Origin: Myxococcales bacterium
GTDB lineage: Bacteria; Myxococcota_A; UBA9042; JABWCM01; BTVJ01
Direction: 5' to 3'
DNA length: 34,828 nt
Assembly: GCA_045863395.1 (NCBI GenBank)
Contig: BTVJ01000077.1
Coordinates: forward strand, 1 to 34,828
The notes beneath the pieces were generated by a model. The model had not been told where the DNA came from. It worked only from the letters and a program-made list of their open reading frames with translations, and made no database searches. The position numbers were made by a program, and so were the translations under genes. Positions 1-11,186 of the stretch are shown here, piece by piece (position 1 is the stretch's first letter; each line of letters opens with the position of its first letter).

Positions 1-958
1 CAGGCTCGACAGGCGCGCCACTCCCATCGACCAGCACCACCTCGCCGGGGGGGCCCTCGGTCACGCGGCCGATCTCGGTCAGCGGCACGCCGTCCAGGCG
101 CTGGGGCACGGCGTGGCTCTCGGGGATCGTCAGCAGCAGCTCGTAGTCCTCGCCGCCGGCCACGATCAGGGGAACCAGGTCCTCGATCTCCAGCGCCGTA
201 GCGGCGGCGCGCGCCGCCTCGCTCACGGGCAGCCGGTCCAGCTCGATGCGCATCCCCACCCCGGAGCGCCGCGCGACGTGGCCCGCGTCCTGGAGGAGCC
301 CGTCCGAGAGATCGATGGCTGCGGTGGCAAGTCCTGTCCTCGCCGCCGCCAGGCCCTGGGCGAGGCGCGCCGTCGGAGCGACGTGACGCGCCACCACGGC
401 CGCGTGGGCCTCGCGCAGCTCCGGTCGGTTCAGCAAGAGCCGCAGCCCGAGCGCGCTCTCTCCGAGGGCACCGGACACGCAGACCCGGTCGCCCGGGCGC
501 GCCCCGGATCGCAACAGCGGCCCGAACGGCACCTCGCCGTGGAGGACCAAGCTCAGGACGACGGGCCCTTCCGTCCGCGTGGTGTCCCCGCCGATCAGCG
601 CGACCTGCGCGTCGTCCGCCGCCTCCATCAGCCCGTCGCGCAGCCCCACGAGCGTCTCCAGGGGGAGGCTCACCGGCAGCGACATCATGAGCAGCGCGGT
701 CGTCGGCCGACCGCCCATGGCGGCCACGTCGCTCAGGTTGACCAGGAGCAGCTTGCGGCCCACCTCCCGCGCGGTCATCAGGTCGAACCGGAAGTGGACC
801 CCCTCCACCATGGTGTCGCAGGTCGCGATGGTCGGCGCCAAGGACGGCGCCAGCACGGCCGCGTCGTCTCCGATACCGACCAGCACGCAGTCCGTGCGCG
901 CCCGCTGCGCAAACCCCTCGATGAGCCGGAACTCACCCGCGCCACGCAGGTCCTTCAT
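1..958 (-). CDS. thiL: Thiamine-monophosphate kinase (3' end runs off the window)
   Basis: Not in the ORF track because no stop falls in the window. Manual translation from ATG 958, which overlaps the upstream TGA (ATGA), gives [14 protein letters not shown]...GIGDDAA...[10 protein letters not shown]...[10 protein letters not shown]...LIGGDT...IDLSDGL...GGEDYELL, the ThiL motifs. Confidence 0.95.
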   Translation of the reverse strand, partial: MKDLRGAGEFRLIEGFAQRARTDCVLVGIGDDAAVLAPSLAPTIATCDTMVEGVHFRFDLMTAREVGRKLLLVNLSDVAAMGGRPTTALLMMSLPVSLPLETLVGLRDGLMEAADDAQVALIGGDTTRTEGPVVLSLVLHGEVPFGPLLRSGARPGDRVCVSGALGESALGLRLLLNRPELREAHAAVVARHVAPTARLAQGLAAARTGLATAAIDLSDGLLQDAGHVARRSGVGMRIELDRLPVSEAARAAATALEIEDLVPLIVAGGEDYELLLTIPESHAVPQRLDGVPLTEIGRVTEGPPGEVVLVDGSGAPVEP

Positions 959-2607
959 CGCCCACCCCGGACGGCGCGCTCCTCGTCCTCGGAGCCACGC
1001 AGCCGGATGGCGTCGCCGTCCACCGTCAGCACGGGCAAGAGCCGCGTCGCGGTGCCGTCCGGGCGGATGGACAGCACGCCGGTCACGCCGACGTGCCCGA
1101 CCGTCTCACGAAGGGCGCGCCGCAGCGCCTCCCGGTCGGCGCCACCGCCCGCCCGCGCCATGGCGTCGAGCAACACGCGGACCGAGTCGTAGGTCTCGGC
1201 CTCGAACGGGGTCGGCCCCACGGCGAAGCGTGCGATGAACGCGTCCACGAAGCCCCGCGCGCGCGGGTCGCTCGGGTCCGGGAAGAACGGCGCCGCGAAG
1301 ACCGCGTTGTCCGTGGTCCGCTCCGCCGGGTCGATCAGCCGCGGATCGAGCCACCCGGAGCCGCCGAGGAGCTGGACGCCCCGCACACCCGGAGACGTGC
1401 GCAGCGGCACGCCCGCAGCCCGCAGGTAGGAGCCGAGCCGCCGCCCAGCGTCGGCGGAGTCCGGCACGAAGAGGGAGTCCGGGAGCCCCCCCGCCGCCTG
1501 GCGCAGCGCGCGGATCGCCTCGCGAAAGTCGCTGGTCCCCGCCGGGTAGGAGACCACCCCAACAGCAGTCAGCCCGAAGGTGGGCGCAAGGTCCCGCGCG
1601 ATGGCGGCCACCTCCCGCCCGTAGCCGCTGTCCGGGTGCAGAATGGCCACGGTCTTGATCCCCATCCCAGCAGCGGTACGCAAGACCTCTGCGGTGACCT
1701 GGCGGTCGGTCGCCCGCAGCCTGAAGCCCCAGGTGTCATCGCCGCCCAGGTCGGACACGGAGCTGAGCACGACGTGGGGCACGGCGAGGTCCTGCAGAAC
1801 CGAGGCCGCGTCCGTGGTCTCTCGGACCCCCACCGGCCCCAGCACGGCAGCCACCTGCTCCGAGAGCACGAGCTCCTCGGCGCCCTCGGCAGCGCGGGCC
1901 CCGTCCCCCCGCGTGTCGCGTACCGCGAGGTTCGCCGGGCTCCCTGCGTCCAGGAGCGCGAGCTGCACCGACCGCAGCGCGCTCTGGCCGATGGCCTGGT
2001 AGGGCCCCGACAGGGGCAGCAGCACGCCGACCTTCCAGTCGGTGCCGCTGCGCGCCTCGTAGCGCCGAACGAGCGCCTCGAGCTCCCCCCGGAGCCCCAT
2101 GTCGGCGATACCCCGGCTGAGCAGGGTGCTCGCGAGGGTCGCCGCCTCGTCGAAGGCCCCCCGCCCCTCCAGGTCGCGTACGGCTCTGCGGATGACGTAG
2201 TGCCCGAGGGGCCCCTGCGGGTCGACCCCCAGGACGATTGCGTAGGCTGCGCCGGTCTCCACGAGCGCATCGAGATACGCGTCGAGGCCCTCGTCGGGCG
2301 GCTCGGACGCGGCGAGGAAGGAGCCCTGCACGCGGGCCAGGTCTCCGATGCGAAACGCCGCGGCCACGGAGGCTGCTCGCCAGCGCCCCCGCCACGTGGG
2401 GTCCACCGGCGGGACGTCCGCGAGCGCAGCCAACGCCTCCCGGTAGTCGCCTCGATCCAGGAGCGCCTCGGCTGTCTCGACCGCCTCCGCGTCGAGCTGG
2501 GCCTGAGGAACGACCACGGGAGCGGGTGGAACAATGGGGTCCGGCCTGACCGCAGGCTGGCACGCGCAGAGGAGCCACGCGAAGACCAGCCAGGCCCAGC
2601 GGCTCAT
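955..2607 (-). CDS. LpoA/LppC-like lipoprotein (penicillin-binding-protein activator family; N-terminal helical region plus type-1 periplasmic-binding fold)
   Basis: Lipoprotein signal with lipobox LCAC (Cys16). C-terminal region has [33 protein letters not shown] and GVTGVLSI, typical of LppC/YraM and branched-chain SBP folds. ATGA overlaps on both sides. Confidence 0.75.
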   Translation of the reverse strand: MSRWAWLVFAWLLCACQPAVRPDPIVPPAPVVVPQAQLDAEAVETAEALLDRGDYREALAALADVPPVDPTWRGRWRAASVAAAFRIGDLARVQGSFLAASEPPDEGLDAYLDALVETGAAYAIVLGVDPQGPLGHYVIRRAVRDLEGRGAFDEAATLASTLLSRGIADMGLRGELEALVRRYEARSGTDWKVGVLLPLSGPYQAIGQSALRSVQLALLDAGSPANLAVRDTRGDGARAAEGAEELVLSEQVAAVLGPVGVRETTDAASVLQDLAVPHVVLSSVSDLGGDDTWGFRLRATDRQVTAEVLRTAAGMGIKTVAILHPDSGYGREVAAIARDLAPTFGLTAVGVVSYPAGTSDFREAIRALRQAAGGLPDSLFVPDSADAGRRLGSYLRAAGVPLRTSPGVRGVQLLGGSGWLDPRLIDPAERTTDNAVFAAPFFPDPSDPRARGFVDAFIARFAVGPTPFEAETYDSVRVLLDAMARAGGGADREALRRALRETVGHVGVTGVLSIRPDGTATRLLPVLTVDGDAIRLRGSEDEERAVRGGR

Positions 2608-3707
2608 GCGTCCTCCTCCGCGGGGCTCGGGGCGTAGCTCCTCCGCAGGAGCGCCTCATACTCCCGCCGTCGCGGGTGAGCGTCGGAGGTCGGCTCCGGC
2701 CACCCGTCGACGAGCGCGCGCGCCGACTCCCCGGTGGGGATCTCGACCACGACCTCCACGTAGGCGTCACCCCGAGGCTTCCCCCTCCCCTGCGGGATGC
2801 CCCGGTGCTTGAGCCGGAACCGCTGCCCGGACTGCGTGCCCGGAGAGATGCTCAACCGGACGACCCCGTCCACCATCGGCACCTCGAGGGTGGCGCCAAG
2901 CACGGCCTCGCGGACGGTGACGGGGACGCGCACCACCACATCGGCGCCACTCCGCGTGAAGAGCGGGTCCGGCTGCACCCGCAGCACGATGTAGAGATCG
3001 CCGTCGGGCCCGCCGTGCGTCCCAGGCTCACCGGCGCCGCGATAGCGGAGCCGCTGACCGTCCTCGGCCCCCGGGGGGACCCGCACGCTGAGCCCCTGCT
3101 CGATGGTCTCGACGCCAGTCCCACCGCAGCGCCCACAGGGATCCGGCACCACCCGCCCGCGCCCTCCACAGAAGTTGCACACCCGGCGAAAGGCGAGCAG
3201 CGGCCCTGGGTCCCGCACCTCGCCGCGCCCGTCGCACACGTGGCACTGCACCGGCGCCGTCCCCGGCTGCGCCCCAGTGCCAGCGCAGCCACCACACGTT
3301 GCGCTCACGTCCACGGAGATCCGCCGCATCCCCCCCATGGCGGCCGCCGCGAAGTCCAGCTCCAGGTCGTAGCGGCGATCCTTGCCCGGCACGGGCTTGA
3401 GCTTCGGACGGCGCAGGATCTCGTCGATGACGTCGCTCATCAGGTCGTCGAGGTGCGGCCGCCCACCCTGCGGCCCCAGCTTGACGAGCGCGTCCTTCTC
3501 GACGCCGAACCGGTCGTAGAACTGGCGCCGCTCCGGCGCGCCGAGCACCTTCCAGGCCTCGACGATCTGCCGGAACTGCTCCTCCGACGTGACGCTCCCC
3601 TGGTTCTGGTCCGGGTGGAAGCGCATGGCGAGGCGGCGGTAGGCGCGCTTGATGTCGTCCTGGCTCGCCGAGCGGTCGACGCCCAGGATCTTGTAGTAGT
3701 CGGGCAT
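2604..3707 (-). CDS. dnaJ: Type I DnaJ co-chaperone
   Basis: J-domain DYYKILGV...FHPDQN (HPD motif), four CxxCxGxG zinc-finger motifs (CGGCAGTG, CHVCDGRG, CNFCGGRG, CGRCGGTG), C-terminal GDLYIVLRV...GTQSGQRFRLKHRG. Confidence 0.95.
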   Translation of the reverse strand: MPDYYKILGVDRSASQDDIKRAYRRLAMRFHPDQNQGSVTSEEQFRQIVEAWKVLGAPERRQFYDRFGVEKDALVKLGPQGGRPHLDDLMSDVIDEILRRPKLKPVPGKDRRYDLELDFAAAAMGGMRRISVDVSATCGGCAGTGAQPGTAPVQCHVCDGRGEVRDPGPLLAFRRVCNFCGGRGRVVPDPCGRCGGTGVETIEQGLSVRVPPGAEDGQRLRYRGAGEPGTHGGPDGDLYIVLRVQPDPLFTRSGADVVVRVPVTVREAVLGATLEVPMVDGVVRLSISPGTQSGQRFRLKHRGIPQGRGKPRGDAYVEVVVEIPTGESARALVDGWPEPTSDAHPRRREYEALLRRSYAPSPAEEDA

Positions 3708-3738
3708 GGCGGTGCGGAGCGTGCCAGCGTTGGACGGG

Positions 3739-5547
<1,809 letters not shown>

Positions 5548-5784
5548 GCTACCTCTCGCCCATCACCACTCCAGGACCGCGGGCTGCGTCCGATCCAGCG
5601 GCGTCCGGTTCCAGATTTGCGGGATTCTACAGTCAACTCCCGCAGGACGCGAGCACTTATTCGCTCGCCGGGTCCTCCCCGCCCCCTGATGCCGTCCTCG
5701 GGGATCGGACCGGCGAGCCACCGACTGCCCTCACAGGCGTCACGAGAAGCCGCGCCCCCCCCAGGAGCACGAACGGCGCTGGCG

Positions 5785-7992
5785 TCAGGCGGGCCCGTCC
5801 GCGGGCTCGGTCTCCCCGTAGTAGCTGCCGTACCGACCGACGTAGTGGTAGTACCCGTAGCGCCCGCTGTCCAGGTCCAGGTCGTTGAGCACGCAGCCGA
5901 GGATCCGGGCGTTGACGGCTGCGAGGCTGTTGCGCGCATGCAGCAGCGTCTCCTTGGTCGTCTTGCCGCTCTTCGCGACCAGCACCACCCCGTCCACCTG
6001 GGTGCCGATGACGATGGCGTCCGTCACGGCGATGATCGGAGGGGAGTCGAAGATGATCGTCTCGTAGTGCTGCTCGAGCTCAGCGATCAGCTCGCGGAAC
6101 CTCTCGGTGTGCAGGAGCTCCGCCGGGTTTGGAGGGCACGGCCCACAGGGGATCAGATCGAGCCCCGGCACCTCCGTGGGGATCACGAACCTGGTGATCG
6201 GATCCTTGCCCACCAGGTAGTTGGAGACACCGACGTCGGATGGCGCGTCGAAGGACGTGTGCAGCTTGGGTCGGCGCATGTCCGTGTCGATGAGCACGAC
6301 GCGCCCGCCGGAGGCCGCCATGGTGATGCCCAGGTTGATGCTGATGGTGGTCTTGCCCTCCTGCGGCCCGGGGCTCGTCACGACGAAGGTCCGCAGCTTC
6401 CCCCCTGGCAACATGAACAGGAGGTTCGTGCGGATTGTGCGGCTCAGCTCGGCCACCGTGGACTTGGGCCGGTAGTGCACGTACAGCTCCTTCTTCCCCT
6501 CGAAGGCCTCCTCGTGCCGCCGGTGCCGCTTGTCCGTGCGGATGGTGGGCACCATGCCCAGGAAGGTGACCTGAGCCACCTGCTCGATGTCCAGCCGAGA
6601 CTTCACCGTGTTGTCCATGAACTCCACGAAGAACGCGAGGGTGATACCGCCGAACAGGCCAAGGAGCATACCCAGCGCCACGTTGAGCTTCATGTTCGGC
6701 TTCACGGGCACGGTCGGCATCTGCGCGAGGTCCAGCAGGCGCACGTTGTTCACGTTCACCTGCGACGTCATCTTGGTCTCCGTCTGCCGCTGGCTGACCT
6801 TGTCGAAGTTGAGCCGGGCGTCCTCGCGCTTCTCGACCAGCCGCTGGTACTCGATCTTGAGCTCAGCCACCCGGGAGTCTTCGAGCTGGGCCGCCTTCAG
6901 CCGCTCGAGCAGGCGTTGCTCACGCATCTTGAGGCGCTCCACCCTGTGCTCGACGCTGGTGATGATGTTCTTCACCTCTTTGCGCGCCGCCGCCTCGACC
7001 AGGCTCAGGCGCTCCTTGGTGCTCCTGACCTTCGGGTACAGGTCGCCGTAGTCCGTCTCGAGGCCCTTCATCTCGCTCTTCAGCTCAAGCCACTGGGTCT
7101 TGAGCTGCTGGATGATGGGGCTCGCGAGCACCTCGGCGAGCGACACCTTGAAGATGTCCTTCTCATTCTTGTATCGGCGCACGACGGACAGCTCCGCCTG
7201 CGCCTGCTCGCTCTCCCGCCGCAGCACGTCGAGGTCTGCGTTGATGGTGGCGATGCGTTGATCGATGGCCTTCTTCTGGTTCTCGAAGGTCCCGACCTCG
7301 TGGAGGCGCTCGAAGTCGCGGGCCGCGGTCTCCGCAGCCTCCTTGGTCGCTCCGAGGTCGGCTACGATGCCCGAGAGCTCTCCATAGGCTTCGTTGACGA
7401 CCCGCTGCTTGTGCTCCAGGTTCTCGGAGCGGTAGGCGTTGGCCACCGCATTCGCGAGCTCCATCGCAAACGCGGGATCCGGGTCCTCGATGCTGATGAA
7501 CACCATCATCGAGTCCTTGAGGGGCTCCACCTCGATGCGCTGGATCAGCGCATCCACCGGGTCGCGGCTCGCCATCAGCTCCGCGGCGCGGTCAGGCTCC
7601 TCCCGCTGAAGCTCCTCGCTCACCCCCAGGAACGCCGCGTTGTACCGGAGGCCGAGCCGATCCACGACGCTCTCCGCGACCGCGCGGCTCTTGATGATCC
7701 GGTACTGGGTCTGGAAGTACTCCTTGTTGGACCAGTAGTTGGCGTTGCCGAGGTCGATGACCTCCGCCATCCCCGGCAGGACCCGCGGCGGGTTCCGATC
7801 GATGATGACCGACGCGGTCGCACGGTAGACGGGCGTCTGCCGGGACGTCCTGAACACCATCCCGGACACGACCGCGATGAAGAAGACGGCGATGATCCAC
7901 TTGCGCTTGTAGAGGACGAACGCATAGCGCTTCAGGTCGAGCCGCGAGGGATCCTCCACGCTGACCTGGCTCACGTCGTTCCGCACAGTCAT
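5785..7992 (-). CDS. wzc: Wzc-type polysaccharide co-polymerase with fused BY tyrosine kinase
   Basis: Two TM segments flank a coiled-coil periplasmic domain. Walker A SPGPQEGKTT, A' LIDTDMRRP, B IIFDSPP, C-terminal Tyr cluster RYGYYHYVGRYGSYY. Start placed at ATG 7992 (RBS GGGAGG); the ORF extends to GTG 8013. Confidence 0.93.
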   Translation of the reverse strand: MTVRNDVSQVSVEDPSRLDLKRYAFVLYKRKWIIAVFFIAVVSGMVFRTSRQTPVYRATASVIIDRNPPRVLPGMAEVIDLGNANYWSNKEYFQTQYRIIKSRAVAESVVDRLGLRYNAAFLGVSEELQREEPDRAAELMASRDPVDALIQRIEVEPLKDSMMVFISIEDPDPAFAMELANAVANAYRSENLEHKQRVVNEAYGELSGIVADLGATKEAAETAARDFERLHEVGTFENQKKAIDQRIATINADLDVLRRESEQAQAELSVVRRYKNEKDIFKVSLAEVLASPIIQQLKTQWLELKSEMKGLETDYGDLYPKVRSTKERLSLVEAAARKEVKNIITSVEHRVERLKMREQRLLERLKAAQLEDSRVAELKIEYQRLVEKREDARLNFDKVSQRQTETKMTSQVNVNNVRLLDLAQMPTVPVKPNMKLNVALGMLLGLFGGITLAFFVEFMDNTVKSRLDIEQVAQVTFLGMVPTIRTDKRHRRHEEAFEGKKELYVHYRPKSTVAELSRTIRTNLLFMLPGGKLRTFVVTSPGPQEGKTTISINLGITMAASGGRVVLIDTDMRRPKLHTSFDAPSDVGVSNYLVGKDPITRFVIPTEVPGLDLIPCGPCPPNPAELLHTERFRELIAELEQHYETIIFDSPPIIAVTDAIVIGTQVDGVVLVAKSGKTTKETLLHARNSLAAVNARILGCVLNDLDLDSGRYGYYHYVGRYGSYYGETEPADGPA

Positions 7993-8014
7993 GAGCCGCC
8001 TCCCCGGTACCACC

Positions 8015-8695
8015 TCATAGGACCGACTCGGGCACGAAGACGATGTCTCCGGGCATCAGGAGGAAGTTGGGCGCCCTCCCCTCGCTGATGTCCTCCACCG
8101 GGACTCCAATCCGAAGCTCCGAGCTCCCCTCGACCCGCGTGACCACCGTCGAGTTCTTCGACGCCCGCGACGAGAACCCCCCAGCGAGGGTGATCGCCTG
8201 TACGATGTTCATCGACTCCTCGTAGCGGAACGTCCCGGGCTTCTGGACCTCCCCCAGGACGAACACCTTCTTGGAGTTGAACTCCTTGACGAACACGTTG
8301 ACGCTCGGATTGCGCAGGTAGCCTTGCCTCAGGCCGTCCCGGAGCCGGTCGGCGAGCTCCGCCGGCGACAACCCCTCGACGGACACGATGCCCACGAGTG
8401 GAAAATCGATGGTCCCCGACGGCGTCACGCGGTAGGTGCCGCTGAGGTCCTTCTCCTGGTAGACGGTCACCTCGAACACGTCCCCCGGCCCGAGGATCGA
8501 CGCCTGCACGGTGACCGCGCGGACGTCGACGGGCATGTGGTCCCTGTACCGCTCTGTCTTGCCGCTGCCACAGCCGGCCGTCAGGACCCAGCTCGCGAGG
8601 AGGACGAGCAACAGAGTCGAGGTGTCGCAACGCACCAGCGGCCGACGTGCTGAACCGGATGTCTGGGCTGACGAAGGACTCGGCGCTCTTGTCAT
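8015..8695 (-). CDS. wza: Short OPX (Wza-family) polysaccharide export lipoprotein, Poly_export plus one SLBB domain
   Basis: Lipobox-like LTAGC, PES motif [11 protein letters not shown]...[24 protein letters not shown]...AITLAGGF. Ends [12 protein letters not shown] with no C-terminal OM helix. Exact start uncertain. Confidence 0.88.
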   Translation of the reverse strand: MTRAPSPSSAQTSGSARRPLVRCDTSTLLLVLLASWVLTAGCGSGKTERYRDHMPVDVRAVTVQASILGPGDVFEVTVYQEKDLSGTYRVTPSGTIDFPLVGIVSVEGLSPAELADRLRDGLRQGYLRNPSVNVFVKEFNSKKVFVLGEVQKPGTFRYEESMNIVQAITLAGGFSSRASKNSTVVTRVEGSSELRIGVPVEDISEGRAPNFLLMPGDIVFVPESVL

Positions 8696-8751
8696 GGATG
8701 TCCTGCGACCAACGCCACCGCCGGGGATCGGCGCTTCGAGCGGCGTCGTCC

Positions 8752-8780
8752 ATTGTCCCCCGTCACGACGAGCGGCGCAA
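8752..8780 (-). promoter_or_regulatory. Possible internal sigma70-type promoter for OPX-wzc
   Basis: Minus strand TTGCGC-N17-GACAAT in the 125 bp gap between the barrel and OPX genes; weak match. Confidence 0.3.
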
Positions 8781-8820
8781 GCGTGCGTGAGGCGAGCCGG
8801 GCGGCTGGCGCCATCGATGG

Positions 8821-10098
8821 TCAGTACCGCGCGATGAGGCTCCCAAAGACCTGGTGACGGACGTAGCCACCCACGTCCGCCAGCTGCCCGTCGCGTCGCT
8901 GCTCGAAATCGCTGAAGACGTCCGTCAGCTCATAGCCTACGCGAGCGCCCAGATACCGGAGGATGTCGAAGTCGATGGAGAGGTCGACGGTCAGCACCTT
9001 CTCCGCCCGCTCGTTGGACGGGAGGTAGACCACTCCCGCCGCCGGCGTGATCGCCCCGAAGTCCAGGAAGGCAAAGGCGCTGTCGAGCTTGATGGTCACG
9101 ACATCCCAGAGCCGCTGCTCGAAGCGAAGCCCGATCCGGTCCTGGGCATAGTAGTTCGCGAAGTATGAGTCGACGAAGTCCCGGTCGTAGCCAAGGTCGA
9201 GGAGGGTCGTCTCCAGCGGCATCCACGCGAAGTGCACCGAGGCGAGCACACTCTGGAAGTCGTCACCAGAGTCGTAGAACCCTTGCCCGTACCCCACCTT
9301 GATGGTCGCAGCGATGGTCTTCGTGATGAAGCCCGTGACGCCGGCGCGGGTGCGAAGTGGCATGGAGTCGGTACGCCCACTCTGGGGATCCGGGGTGTCC
9401 CACGAATTGAAGGCCAGCGTCGCCTCGATGACCAGCGCGGTCTTTGGGTAGAACTTCCACGAGCCCAAGAGGTTGATCTCGTGGGTCTGCTTGTCGAACT
9501 CCTCGAAGTCCAGGAAGTGGTCGAACCCATACGAGTACTGCGCCGAGATATCCAGCGCGCGGCGCTCCGGCGTCCCACCCGGATGGACGGACACGCGCCC
9601 CCCGACCTTGTTGTTGATGCGCTGGAAAGAGCGCGTCGTCGAGAAGTTGGGCGTCTCCAGCCAGTCCCGGAAGCTGTCGAAGACCTTGAACGACGCGGCC
9701 GCTCGAGGGAACAGCTCGATGCCCAGATCTGCGGTCACCCCGAACTGGGGCTGCGCCTCGACGCTCGGATCGTCATTGAAGTACTGGCGGATGTCTCCTT
9801 TGACGTCGAACATCAGGTGGATGACATCGTACTCCGGGTTGTCGATGCGCAGGGCGGGCAGCACCCGGAGCAGCGCGGTCGACGTGACGGCGTCAACGTC
9901 GTTGTCCGCGACATTGAAGACATTGGAGTCCCAACGCCCCTCGAGGGCGACCTGAGGCCAGAACTTGAACGTTCCCGCCTGAATGCCGCGCTCGAGGGTC
10001 GTGTCGGGGAGGGCCAGCCACGTCTGGGCGTGCGCGGCGGATGTCATGGCACCCAGGAACAGCGTGGCTGCCAGGATGCCCATTGCTCTACTCTGCAT
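8821..10098 (-). CDS. Outer-membrane beta-barrel, EpsX/Wzp-like polysaccharide-secretion porin
   Basis: Sec signal ending AAHA-Q, alternating amphipathic strands rich in Y/F/D/G, DSNVF motif near the N-terminus, C-terminal beta-signal [11 protein letters not shown]; directly upstream of a short OPX. Start placed at ATG 10098 after GAGGA; the ORF extends to 10161. Confidence 0.8.
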   Translation of the reverse strand: MQSRAMGILAATLFLGAMTSAAHAQTWLALPDTTLERGIQAGTFKFWPQVALEGRWDSNVFNVADNDVDAVTSTALLRVLPALRIDNPEYDVIHLMFDVKGDIRQYFNDDPSVEAQPQFGVTADLGIELFPRAAASFKVFDSFRDWLETPNFSTTRSFQRINNKVGGRVSVHPGGTPERRALDISAQYSYGFDHFLDFEEFDKQTHEINLLGSWKFYPKTALVIEATLAFNSWDTPDPQSGRTDSMPLRTRAGVTGFITKTIAATIKVGYGQGFYDSGDDFQSVLASVHFAWMPLETTLLDLGYDRDFVDSYFANYYAQDRIGLRFEQRLWDVVTIKLDSAFAFLDFGAITPAAGVVYLPSNERAEKVLTVDLSIDFDILRYLGARVGYELTDVFSDFEQRRDGQLADVGGYVRHQVFGSLIARY

Positions 10099-10172
10099 CT
10101 GATCGTCGTCCTCGCTGCGCCGCCGCACCGTCACCCGGGGCCCACTGAACGCCGGCTCCACGGTGCGCGCGC

Positions 10173-10727
10173 CTACTTCGACTGACTGGCTGACACCGGA
10201 CGGTCCATCAGGATCTCTACGTCCTTCAGATCTCCCGTGGGATCGTACTCGGGCAGATCGGAGTCCAGAACCTTCTCGATGACCGGACGCCCATCAACGG
10301 TTCCGTCGGAGTCGGGACCGCCACAGCTCCTCACCTGGGCATCGAGCTCGATGAACTTGTTGTGTGCAATGGCGATCTTGATGGCCTCGTGCTCGGCGCC
10401 ATCGCGATCATTGCGAGACGCCGCCTCCTGCAAGGCGATCTTGTTGCGCTCGGCGAGCTTCATGAGCCCCTTCATTGGGGTCAGCGCATCAGCGATGCAG
10501 GTGGTCTGAGCTACGTCCTGACCGGCACGAGAGGCCTCGAGGGCCTGAAAGCCCGCCTTGAGCATCTCGTTCATCTCGGCGATCTTCGCTTCGGCGTCCT
10601 CCCCCATCTGGGAGGCGCTCATGTTCGCGAAGCTGGTAGCCTGCCGCTCCTGCGCTACGGCGCCAGCCGATCCCAGCATGATCGCAACGATGGCGACGAT
10701 CTGGGCTTGAACTGCTCTCATTCGCAT
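10173..10727 (-). CDS. Secreted alpha-helical hypothetical protein (184 aa, two Cys)
   Basis: ATG 10727 follows RBS GGAGAAGGG and a good promoter. Signal peptide (IVAIVAIMLGSAGAVA-Q), helical core with Cys in QTTCIAD and VRSCGG, acidic Pro-containing tail. Confidence 0.8.
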   Translation of the reverse strand: MRMRAVQAQIVAIVAIMLGSAGAVAQERQATSFANMSASQMGEDAEAKIAEMNEMLKAGFQALEASRAGQDVAQTTCIADALTPMKGLMKLAERNKIALQEAASRNDRDGAEHEAIKIAIAHNKFIELDAQVRSCGGPDSDGTVDGRPVIEKVLDSDLPEYDPTGDLKDVEILMDRPVSASQSK

Positions 10728-10758
10728 GGTTATGGACCCTTCTCCGCGGTGCAGCGCT

Positions 10759-10787
10759 ACGTTAGTGGAGGTCGCGCTTGGAGTCAA
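10759..10787 (-). promoter_or_regulatory. Sigma70-type promoter for the hypothetical/barrel/OPX/wzc module
   Basis: Minus strand TTGACT-N17-TAACGT, about 30 nt upstream of ATG 10727. Confidence 0.65.
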
Positions 10788-11130
10788 ACCTACGCGGCCA
10801 AACCGTCGTCCATCCGTCACCCCGCTCGACATCGCCCCTCGTAGCCCCAACGTAGTGGTCCCGAGGGTGCCGCGATCCTTGCGCAGGGCCTCATCGCGCA
10901 GGGCGCCAGCGCCCGCTGCGACTGCTCCAGGCTGGTGGGTTGCCAGGCTGCGCAGCGGTGATCAAACTTTCTCGTCACAGGCAGCCGGACCTCCAGCACC
11001 TGATCCCCATGACGCGCACCATCGGCCCGTCGTACCGATAGCCTGAGGGCCACGACCACATTTTTCGCTGCCCACGTTGATCCAGGTTGGTGGCAGCCCA
11101 GGCGAAGTCTTGTTGATCCAGAAATGGTGA

Positions 11131-11159
11131 AGCCGCCCCCGACGATGTCCGGGGCGGCT
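11131..11159 (-). terminator. Putative intrinsic terminator or stabilising hairpin after the gltG-like gene
   Basis: Perfect 9-bp stem AGCCGCCCC/GGGGCGGCT plus inner GAC/GTC, 27 nt after the stop; followed on the minus strand by TCACCATTTCT, a weak U-tract. Confidence 0.55.
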
Positions 11160-11186
11160 ACACACTGAACCCGAGGAAGAGACCCG

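Noticed and set aside
5618..5668. Inverted repeats upstream of dnaK (TGCGGGA/TCCCGCA; GCGAGC/GCTCGC) as a CIRCE element or terminator
   Set aside because: They do not match TTAGCACTC-N9-GAGTGCTAA and have no U-tract. A TAGAAT -10-like box is present but lacks a properly spaced -35.
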